Assembly: GCF_044704955.1 (NCBI RefSeq)
Contig: NC_091997.1
Location: 42,346,001-42,410,000, forward strand
Direction: 5' to 3'
Origin: Pristiophorus japonicus
Lineage: Eukaryota
DNA length: 64,000 nt
Position 1 is the first letter of the stretch; the number at the start of each line of letters is the position of its first letter. Below, one piece after another: positions 35,427 to 46,119 of this stretch. A model generated the notes under the pieces. It was not told where the DNA came from and searched no databases. It worked only from the letters and a program-made list of their open reading frames with translations. The position numbers and the translations under genes are program-made.

Positions 35427-38400
35427 ATGGCCTTGGCTTGTATTTGGCAACTTGTTCTTCTGTTTCTCCTGTTTCCCGGGACCTCGACTCAGGACAACCG
35501 AATGAGGCTGAAACTCCATCGACATCTTACCAGCAATACTCTGAAAATGTTGGATGCGATGGTGAGTTTACCGGACAGAATCCAATCCCACTTAATTGCC
35601 CGAATCAATGTGATGTTTTAAATTTCAAAATATACTTTATTCATATAAAAATTTGTACAGTACATTCAAAAGCAGTTCAGTACATTTAGCTGCGGTCAGC
35701 AATCCCATACACGATATTTGGATGCTGACGGCAGTAGTTCGATACATTTCTTTGCTTTTCAGTTCAAGTACAATTCGGTACAATACGGGATACATTGTAG
35801 TACATTCAACAAATTACATGTGTCACGGAATGGGTGACGGTACATTTACACTTTTCCTTTCCAATGTGCATCACGAAACAGACCTTGCACTGTACATGGC
35901 ACTACATAGGTACACTGCCCGACGCAATGTGATGGTATTAACACCGACTCTGCTCTGTTTCAGGGGGGGACCTTCCGAATTTATTGTAGGGACCAAGGAA
36001 TGGAAATCAAGGCACCTGATCTGATTGGTATGGCAGCAGATTCAAAGGTAAGTGGCACACTTTCTATAATGACATGTAGAATAAAACAAAGTGGGAGTGT
36101 CATTTGATAATGCTCCGCAGGAAGTTGAATACCATCTTTTGATGAGACTGCAAAAGAAAGATAGACTTGTTTTTACGGTTGCGTTTATTTCCAACATCGG
36201 ATTTCTGATTGGTTCCCTTGGAGGACAAGGCACCCAGCAGGTTCTCTGGAATGTGTCATTAGATCTTGCCTGCCTAAGTAATCAATTACTTTGCAAAGTG
36301 TAATTCGAGATATTCTGAGTGGCAGACGCCAGACAGAACAGAGCTCACAGAACAGACAAGGCTCACCCTCGCGGGTTAAGATCTTCTCCCACCCCAAACA
36401 AGTTCCTAAACTTCCTCCCACTCCCTCGAGTTTCTGACATTTCCCTCCACAACAAGTTACTGACCTTGACTTTCTCCTCAAGTTCCTGATCTTCTCTTCC
36501 TGGCCAAGTGCGTGACACCCTCACTGAGTTCCTGACCTCCTCCCTACCCAAGTTTCTGACCTACACCTGCCCAAGTTCCTGATCTCTCCCCCCGCCCCCC
36601 CCCCCAAGTTCCTGACTTCCCACCCCCACCTCCCAAGTTTCTGACCTTCTACCCCCATAGATGAGGCTTTGTGAGTGGGTCACGAATTGTTAATAGGTTT
36701 ATTGGGTGAATAGTGAACAGTGTCATGACTTCCGGATTTTTCCCAGTCCATTGATGTCACTTGCCACACGCGCTGAGCTTTCTGAGAAATCAACCAGGCC
36801 TAGGAGAAGGAGAGAGAGAATGTGGTGGGGGTGGGGTTGGAAGAATGTGATCCATTTACCATCGTGATCACATTCTCACTCTCATTTCCCCCCCCCCCCC
36901 CACATGTAGACCAGGATGATGTTCTTCCCCCATCCCCACTGTGCTATCCATGCTCTTTAACTCCCCCCCCCCCCGTGTTCCTGACCTTCTCTCCCACCTG
37001 ACTTCCTGATCTCCTCTCCCCTCCCCTCTGATCCTCTCTCCCACACACTCTCTCTCCTCTCCGATACCCTCTCTCTCTCACCCCTCTGCTCTCTCCCTCT
37101 CCCATCTCTTTCCCCTCAGATGCACATTTTCTCTCTTCCCTCCTTTCTATACATGCTCCAATCTCCTCTCTCTCTCCCCCCTCCAATTCCCTCTCTCTCT
37201 CTCCCTCTGATTCCCTCTTGCTCTCTGCACTCCGATTCCCTCTCTCCCCCTCAGATCTACTCTCTCTCCCCCCTCCCATTCCCTCCCTGCCTCCCTTCTT
37301 TCGATCCTCTCCCCCCTCCGATTCCCTATCTCTTCCCCCCTCCGATTCCCTCTCCCTGCCCCCTCCTATTTCATCTCACTATACCCCCTCTGATTTCCTC
37401 TCTCCCCTTTCTATCCACACTCTCTCTCCCACCACCCGGCCACCAACATATCCAGTAACCTTCTCCCACAGAGCTGAGGAAAGTGTGGCCGCAACTGTTG
37501 GGTACTGCGCATGCGCAGCTTCGGTGAACTGCATGCATGTGCAGAAAGGGATCGAGTGCACATGTCTGGCTCTGGGATACAGTGCGCTTGTGTAAAAGAC
37601 CACAAAATTGTTCATGCAGATAATCACTCTGTTTTTATATAGTGTCGTTCATGACCTCAGGATGTCCCAATGTGATTTATAGCCAATTAAATACTTCTGA
37701 AGCATAGTCACTGTTGTAATGTAGGAAATGCAATGTTGATTGAGGGATAAATATTGGTCAGAAGTGGACACCAAGGAGAACTCTCATGCTCTTCTATGTA
37801 ATAGTGCCATGGGATCTTTTATGTCTACCTGAGAGGGCAGACGGGGCCTCAGTTTAACATCTCATCTGAAAGACACCACCTCTGAAAGTGCAGTACTCCC
37901 TCAGTACTGCATTAGAGTGCAAAGTCAGCTTAGACTTTGTGCTCAAGTCTCTGGAGTAGGATTATGAACCACAACCTCTGACACAGAGGTGGGAATGCTA
38001 CACATTGAGCCACAGCTAGAATTCTGTGCTACATTTAACATTGCAGAATAGAGCTGGACCTTTTACATTGATAACACGAATAGTTTTGTAGTGCATGTGC
38101 TGCAATGTTCACTGAGAGACACCAAAAAGAAAATAGATTCAAGTTTTGGGTTCAAAATGAACAAGGGAGGAAGAATTATTTTGGCCTGTATGTGTACAAC
38201 ATTTCAAACACATTCTTTTTGAATGCATTTGCAATATCACAAAACACAGTGACCAGAACAATTCCTCCGCTCCTGAGCTTGTTGGCTATTTTAAGAAGTG
38301 GAAGGTGCAAACCACAGTGTAATTATGAACAAAGAGCGTTTTCAGTACATAACATTTAAATTTAAAAGTAAAACATGACTACTCAGCAGCGTTGTCATAC

Positions 38401-40031
38401 AGATTGGTAAGATGAAGGTTCATGCTCACGATTGCCCACATGGTGGGGTCTATTTTGACCTTTGGGCAACTGACTGGTGGAGCACACTGTTCATCCACCC
38501 ATTACTACGACTTTGTGGCCCTGGCTTCATTTAAATCTGACAGTCAACCTGCGGGATGCCAAACAGACAGCACATTAGATTGAGGCCTCAGAATTAGGCC
38601 GGGGCGGCCACCAGCAAGATATGCTTTGGGAGGTGTGCGGGGGGTGGGGGGGAGCGGGGGGGTGGTGGGGGGGCAGTGGGAGTGGTGTTTCTGGGGCAGC
38701 TGCAGACCAGATTGTTTTTGTGGGCCACACTCCTGCTCCTCCAGGACCCATAAAAAAGAATTCAACACTTACCTTTGCTGGGCCTCCTTGGTTTTATCGC
38801 CCATGGAATTGGTCAGTGTGTGCAAGGTGCCTAGAACAATATTTTATCTCACTACAACACCCCTTTACTTACTTCTAATACGGAATTGTTATGATGCTTA
38901 ATTTTGCAAATAGAATAATTAAATGCAAAATAAGGTTACAAATCCATGCGCTTCGTACAATTGTTGTATTTTGATTACATTATTCGGTTTCATGCAAAGC
39001 ATTGTCCATCCACACCAGGCATAATTATCTTCAAAATGTGTTCATTGTATTTATTAATTCCTTAAATAACTACAGAGAGCACAAATCAAGCTCAGTTCCT
39101 GCTCCAAATTGCTATCCAGTGACCTCTGCTGGAAAACGTGTGTGCAGATCTGTCTCAGTTCTGATGCCCCCAGAATCATGTAACCTCCAACACTCATTGT
39201 CAAAGCTCACACACATAAGTAGTGACCACTTCACACCAGAGTGCTGTCAGTCTCTGTGGAACTGTATCCTAACAAGAGGCAGCAGCTCCAAGAGAAGGGC
39301 AAGAGAAAATTGAGAGGAGGAAAAACATGTGGTAACAGTGAAAAGATTATATTGCATAAAATTGTATAGCACAGAAACAGGCCATTCGGTGTTTGTGTTT
39401 CACACAGCCTCTTCCCACCTTATTTCACCACAGTCTATCAACATATCCCTCCATTTCTTTCTCCCTGCTATACTTATCTAACGTCCCCTTAAATGCATCT
39501 ATGTTAGTCGCCTCAACCACCCCACGTGGCAGCGAGTTCCACATTCTCACCACTCTCTGAGTAGTGTGTTTTGTGTTTTACACAGACTGAGGACAAAGTT
39601 CTGATTGTCTATCAAGTACTGCGCCACATCAGCAAGATTTACAGAACAAACGCCTGCACCATTACATGGAACAAGAATGAACTGGAAAACTTTGAAACAG
39701 TCCTGCACCAACAGCTCGAGGAGCTGCGTGAAGATGTAGGAGAACGGCGGTCAGATACCAGAATGACGTGGAAGATAAAAATTCGCAAATACTTCACAAA
39801 ACTGAGAATGTTTCTACAAGATAAGGTATATTGACATTTTATGACACCTTTATCAAAGAAAAGCTCTCCCAATTAACAAGTATTCAATTGTTTTAATGCT
39901 GTGAATGTGGTGTACAATCTTCTCAATGTTCATTTTTACTCTGTTTTCAGGGTTACAGTTTATGCGCCTGGGAAGTGATCCGCTTTGAAAGCACAAGAAA
40001 CTTGCAAAAAGTCATTAACTTGCTGTCATAA
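35427..40031 (+). CDS. Type I interferon, divergent paralog, 179 aa; coding exons 35427-35561, 35964-36047, 39586-39825, 39951-40031
   Basis: MALACIWQLVLLFLLFPGTSTQDNRMRLKLHRHLTSNTLKMLDAM / GGTFRIYCRDQGMEIKAPDLIGMAADSK / TEDKVLIVYQVLRHISKIY...IRKYFTKLRMFLQDK / GYSLCAWEVIRFESTRNLQKVINLLS-stop. Phase-0 GT-AG introns at the same positions as the array gene; canonical YSxCAWE motif. Confidence 0.92.
35616..35924 (-). mobile_element. 309-bp retroposed insert in intron 1 of the plus-strand IFN
   Basis: Flanked by a 10-bp direct repeat caatgtgatg (35606-35615, 35925-35934); antisense AATAAA near its left end. Confidence 0.65.
36950..37430. repeat. CT-rich low-complexity tract in intron 2
   Basis: Pyrimidine tract with repeated ctccgattccctctc units. 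Confidence 0.85.
37630..38015 (-). mobile_element. tRNA-derived SINE (Deu/SacSINE1-like)
   Basis: Same family as 40935-41375, with an internal deletion. Confidence 0.7.
39350..39562 (-). mobile_element. CR1-type LINE 3' fragment next to the exon-3 acceptor
   Basis: acagaaacaggccattcgg...gagttccacattctcaccactctctgagt; a similar fragment lies at ~3695-3905 in the array units. Confidence 0.6.
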
Positions 40032-40159
40032 TTTAATTACATCATGCAAAAATCCTGTAATGGTTACTCTTTTTAATTTGAAAAATCTCAAATTGGACAA
40101 TTAGAACTAGATTTACTTTTCTAGTTATACTTTGCTTATCAGACGTGCCAGTGAGAGTA

Positions 40160-40360
40160 CTGCGGATGCTGTTAATCAGAAATTAAGAAAAAAAGGAAGT
40201 GCCGGAAAGCACTCAGCAGGTCAAGCAGCATCTGTGGAGAGAGAAAGACAGTTAACATTTCAGGTGTATCAGATTCAGTTCTGAAACGCTAACTGTGTTT
40301 CTCTCTCCGCAGTTGCTACCTCACTTGTTGAGTGTTTTCCGGTACTTTCCGTTTTTATTT
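40160..40360. mobile_element. Palindromic Penelope-like terminal repeat just downstream of the IFN stop
   Basis: Arms ~40188-40262 and ~40281-40357 are imperfect reverse complements. Confidence 0.7.
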
Positions 40361-40934
40361 GTGCTAGCAAGAGTTATGTGTCATCTCTTTCAGAGTCACA
40401 ATTCCACTAAGGAAAAAAAAATATTTTTATAATAGTTTTATTTTTCTATCTTACAGGCCTGGTTCCATGATCCCAGTCTGAGAGTTGTGCTTGCCAGAAG
40501 TGCAGTGTGGGAAATCATGGCTGTCCTATCTGAGATTATCCATCCATTCATTGTTTTTTTCAAATGATTTAAACTCAAGGGCTGCGGGCCAGTGGTTTAC
40601 TGCAATGCAATCCTCTCAAACACACCTGGCTGCTGGGAACACAGGTAACAGGGTACAGTCCTGTAAACTGAAACATGCACCAATGTCTCATAGTTGGTAA
40701 CTCCGCTGGCCTAATGGGTAAAGATATTGTCCAGTGTGCACTTTTTGATGGTGACAGAATATTGAGGTGTGGCTGCAACAGGCATAAACTTGGAGGCCTG
40801 CCATAAGCTTTAGCACTAGCAACTCCAAAATCTTATAGAGGACTGACAGCTTCTTCTTAATGTAGAGGGAGGACTTTCTCACAGAGCAGACTATCCATGT
40901 CAAATGTACAGCTTTAGACTCTGTTGAGCAAGAA

Positions 40935-41375
40935 AGAAGAAAGACTTGTATTTATGTAGCACCTTTCACGACCAGCAGACATCTCAAAGTGCTTTACAGC
41001 CAATGCAGTACTTTTGGAGTGTAGTCACTGTTGTAATGTGGAAAACGCGGCAGCCAATCTGCGCACAGCAAGCTCGCTCAAACAGCAATGTGCTAATGGC
41101 CAGATAATCTGTGTTTGTTATGTTGATTGAGGGATAAATATTGGCCAGGACACCGGGGAAAATCTGCCTGCTCTTCTTCAAAATAGTGCCATGGGATCCT
41201 TTACGTCCACCTGAGAGGGCAGATGGGGTCTCATCCAAAAGTGGGCACCTTTGTAGTGCAGCACTCCCTCAGCACTACACTGGAGAGTTAGCCTAGATTT
41301 ATGTGCTCAAGTTCCTGGAATGTGACTTGAACCCACAACCTTCTGACTCAGAGGCGAGTGTTCTAGCCACTGATC
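40935..41375 (-). mobile_element. tRNA-derived SINE (Deu/SacSINE1-like), near full length
   Basis: Minus-strand head tcagtggctagaacactcgcctctgagtcagaaggttgtgggttcaagtc has Pol III A/B-box character; the 3' tail resembles the L2 end; several copies in the window. Confidence 0.75.
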
Positions 41376-42414
41376 CAGAAGAGTTAAATGAAAGTGTTTT
41401 AGTCAACCATTCTAATTGGGAATACCTCTCTTTCAAGCCAAAAATTCTTACATGTTAGCCAGTAATAATAATAATAGCAGATGTGAATTTGCTGCACTTT
41501 CGACAATGGAGGGGCTGATGAATAGTTTCAGAGATCCAATGGGTAATTTTATGAATTTCTGCCCCCTGCTATGGAGCTTCACCCATTGGGACCATGTATC
41601 GGGAATTTTGACACTTATTCCCCATAAATTTCTGTCCCAAAACCAAGGGGAGCTCACGTTCAAATCATGCCATGCATTGACAGCAGGCAGCCCCTGCATA
41701 CGGAGCATAAATTAGTAAAATTATCCCTACCGTCTCAATCCTACTTCCATAGCTCTTCCCAGAATGTCGCAAAGATTACAGCAGAAGGTAAACCTTCTGC
41801 GACACTTCAAGCACGAAGCCTCACTTGGCAGAAGAGTGAATCAGAGAATGGTTCGGGGAGGGCAGTGCACCTAATTCACAGAGAACCTGCTTTGACAGGC
41901 CATTCAAATTAATGACGGCTAAATTGAGTGCACCGTGAATCAGGAATACTAACTTTTTTCCTGATTCTTCAAACTATGTTCCGGTCAAGAGAGACTCCAT
42001 GCCAGGAGCAGTATCTTGGAAAATTTACCCCCGACATTCCTGTCCACAGCCACACTCCTAATTGAACCCAGCAAGCTATGGATTCATGTAACCTGTGGCT
42101 CTTTAACGATATATGCAAAGTAATGTGTTAATTTATTAAAATAACATTTAAACCCAAAGTAATTTGTTACTTATGTGTACAAGATGTGCATGCTTATATT
42201 ACAGGTAAGAATTCATGCATATGGATTTTCACCTGATTTGTTACAGAGTAAAATATCAGAAACAAAATAAAAACGAAAAGAGCAACGCTTACAATATATT
42301 TTCTGTGTCTATATTATTCATGATGTGTGTATGTGCTTTCTCTCATTATTTTGCTCCATATCTGGATAATTTTGTAAACCTGCACCAGTGCGTAGTTTAA
42401 CCAATGTCTTAATT

Positions 42415-42800
42415 GGCTCTCTCAATGGCCTGTTGGGTGTAGGTATTGCACAAAGCCTTAAATAAACAGTAGATCCCAAGTTCAACTCCTGGCATGCAGT
42501 GAACAAGTGGTCTCAGCAGGAGCAACAGGCGAAGCACTACAATCGGCCTCCACATCCTGAGCTAGGGAAGGGAAAAATCAGCCAAGGTTTCCATTCCTGA
42601 TTGATAATCCTGATTGTCAATTGGGTGAGTACAAGATGGGCCTCAGATTCAGTGCCTTCGAAAAACAGATAGCCTCACTGCCAAGGCCCATACAAAAATA
42701 ATGGCCAGTTAGACAATATACTGGGGTCTGTCTGGACCCACTGAACTATGGCTCAGTAAACAGCCAGGAAGGGATCAGTGCCTGAAGGAGTAGATGAGAT
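42415..42800 (+). mobile_element. Second old SINE family (LF-SINE-like), decayed
   Basis: ctacaatcggcctc...gctagggaagggaaaaatcagccaagg; related pieces at ~23130-23270 and ~39090-39150. Family name from recollection only. Confidence 0.4.
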
Positions 42801-44514
42801 CAAATTAAAACAAAGGCATTAAAAAAAACCTGAGGTTTAGGCAATAATTATTCATTTTTCCAATATTTCGTTTCTCAAAGGGAATGTTACCGTAGGCCCA
42901 TTTCACGAGGGTTATTTTCAGAATTATTTTAAATCCCATTATTTATTGACTGAGACAATCACAATGTATTTAAAGGCATGCCGCATATGTGTGAGGATAT
43001 ATGTATGTGTATCAATGGTAAGGCGCATAGGTAAGAATTTTTGATTTCTGGATTTAACCATTGCTTTCCTTAGCCAAAATGAAACTATACTATATGGCGT
43101 TTGTTTCTTCCAGTGGGAAATTTGTCCTGTCATTCACCAGAGAGAGGTAACTGACGATTCTGAACAAAGTGAAATTCCCCCTCCCCCCGCCTCCTGAGGT
43201 AATTGAGCCTAAATTTCAGCCTATCAATCTTAACAATACCATCTACATTATTTAACAACAACTTATATTTATATAGCACCTTTAAGGTAATAAAACATCC
43301 CAAGGTGCTTCACAAAAAAAAACCTGACTAGTTGCATTCTTGTGGTACAAAAGATTTGGGACAATATTTTGTGATAGAGTAATCAATGAACTGTGGTTGC
43401 ATCTGGTCTGAGGTGTGGGCAAAGCCACTGTTGTCTGGATGGGTGTGTGGGGGAGGGGAGTGGATTTGAGAAGGATCCAGTTACTTTGGGTTCCCATCCC
43501 TTTTTTCCCATGCCAAAAATTCTATAGGTTTCCGAAGGTGGACGTAATATGGCATTCCCTCATTTGTGTCCTTAGGAAAGCTAAAGGCAAGGGGTGCATG
43601 TGTGACCTTGGTGCCCAGCACTGCTTGGGTGGCAGAGGCATTTACATACTAAAAAGACGTGGTTTCTCTACTGTGTGAAAACCAACCTCTCAAGAAAGAG
43701 CCATTTATTTTCCATGCAATGTCCTTTTCCAGCACCATTATGCTGCAGCCAGGTTCTACAGTGAGTTTTCTGAGAAGGACATTCCAGTTCCACCCTGAAA
43801 ATGGCAGCCTAATCAAACAACTGCCCCCTGACCTCAGAAACTGAGTCATGGGTCAAGGACACAACTGATGATCAGGCACATGCTCTGTCCCACCCCAGAC
43901 CTGCCTCCAAAAGGCCTCTTGAGGAATTTTGAGGGCTCCTATGCAGTTCTTATTCTGTCCATCTCACACTCTCTCTCATAATGTTTGTCTTACTCCTTTT
44001 AAAGGAGTTAATCAACATTGGATTAACATGCTTTTTGTGAGCTTCTAGTCAACACACTGGGTACTGGAGTAGGTTGGGCTAATGCTTAGTTTTGATCGAG
44101 TATGGGCAAAGCAGGTTGGACAGCAGAGGCTCATGGCCTAGAGGAATTGAATCCTATACCAAAATTTATGCAGGCTTCCTGATCCATGGTTTTTAACTCT
44201 TGAGTCTAAGATAAAGATTAAAAATAAAATAAAACTAAAAGATTTGCCCAAATGGTGTGAGGTGACCAAGTGTGAGATACTGAAAGCCAAACAGAGGTTG
44301 CTTTGCTTTCAGCGATGCTGCAACTTTTGAATCACTGTGAAGGTGAAACCATTTAGCAGCAACACAGTGTGTGGAGGACAACTGCCCGATAAATCTGACC
44401 TGCTCCTGCTGTGTAGAAGTCATTGCGTGCTTGGTTGTGGGTATCATGATCTGAAGGCCAGAATGCTCAATTTAGTTGTTCTACAATAACAACCACCCTG
44501 GATGATTACACTTA

Positions 44515-44845
44515 GAAAAAAAGACTTGCATTTATATAGCAGTGTTCACGACCTCAAGACATCCCAAAGCGCTTCATAGCCAAGAATGATATTTGAAGTG
44601 TACTCACTGTTGTAATGTAGACAATTCAGCAGCCAATTTACGCACAACAAGCTCACACAAACAGCAATGAAATAATTGATCAGACAATCTGTCTTAGTGA
44701 TGTTGGTTGAGGAATAAATATTGGTCAGGACACTGGGGAGAACTCCCCTGCTCTTATTTGAATATGCCGTGGGATCTTTTACATCAACCTGAGCGGGCAG
44801 ACAGGACCTCGGTTTAACGTCTCATCCAAAAGATAGCATCTCAGA
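44515..44845 (-). mobile_element. tRNA-derived SINE, 5'-truncated
   Basis: Matches the 3' two-thirds of 40935-41375. Confidence 0.7.
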
Positions 44846-45359
44846 CACCAATTACCAGACTAGTTTGTACCTTAGAAAGACGAATTGCTACAAGCAACCC
44901 TGCATTAATCTTTTGTTCCTAAAAGATCACAATCAGCCAGAATAACATCCTTTTCACTGTATACTTCAATCTGCAGTAATCATGTTGCAAACAATTAATT
45001 CATATTGTTTTTTAAGCTTCCATCTTTTCATATTCAGATTGGTGAGTTAGGACACCACCAAATCCTGGCCTCAAACTGATCCATTAATGCAAGTCCTATT
45101 GCATGAGACACTCTTGCATCTAAGCTGGATTGGGAAAGTATTTATAAGGAATAATATACAAGTATACAGGGAAAGCGCATACTTTAAGAGTAAATAGCTC
45201 CAGTTGAGAGGTAGCAGAGGCATGGGTGCAAGGGGCTCAATGGCCTTTTTTGCGCTGTTTCTACGATTCAATGTTGACAGTGGTGGTTATCTCAGCGAAC
45301 AGATTCAACTACGTTAACTGTTCAATATCAGCGAATCCATGAGGGGGAATCAGGGCGAA

Positions 45360-45820
45360 GGTCACATGGTGTGACGTCCCCTCCTAGAGCTGGTCTCACA
45401 CCAGCTGCAGAAACTCAAACTTTTTCAGTTAAGCTGTAATTTTGAGTCACTACCAAGCTGAAACTGTTTCTCAGTGGTGCAAAATATGCAGAATAGCTAA
45501 CATACAAATACTGGTCTGTTACACCCATGAGTGGGAGGCTGGCTCTTTCCTTACAGGAAAGAGTGAAAACAGACAGTCAAATTATAGTATGTTCTCACTC
45601 ATCTCCTGAATAGAGCCCATCAAAATGTTACCCATTTGCCTGGCAAGATGGCATGAGGCTTCAGTTTCAGTTCAGTTTCATTTTTGTTTGATGACTCAAC
45701 ATAAAATTCCACAAGCATAGCACAGCTTTCACTAATATAAATAGTTTACAAAATGGTAGATTTAGTTTAGAATGTAAATGATACACTTATTTTAAAATAG
45801 GGAGGAAAATGAAACATCGG
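45360..45820. promoter_or_regulatory. Candidate IRF/CRE enhancer in non-repeat sequence
   Basis: TGACGTC (45372), GAAAGAGTGAAAA (45557), TCAGTTTCAGTTCAGTTTCATTTTT (45661-45685), GAAAATGAAAC (45805-45815). Confidence 0.35.
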
Positions 45821-46119
45821 GCTCCAACGACAGCTGTTGCACCTGTAAAATCACTCGGACTTGAACCATCTGTATGCATTTAACCTTACAAAGGCAAACA
45901 GCGAGATTAAATTCAAGCATTCAAGGAATTGTGCTAGTCAGAAATCTTCCCCATTCAATACATAAATACGACAATACCCAGATTCTTATACTAATCCACT
46001 TTCATCATTTCATCTGCATAGGACAAAACTACTTTAAAACTGTGAGGTTTATTTACTTCACTTTCGTAACTACAAAACTAAAAAGCTTCAAAGCAGTCTG
46101 GAGATTAGAAGATTTTTTT

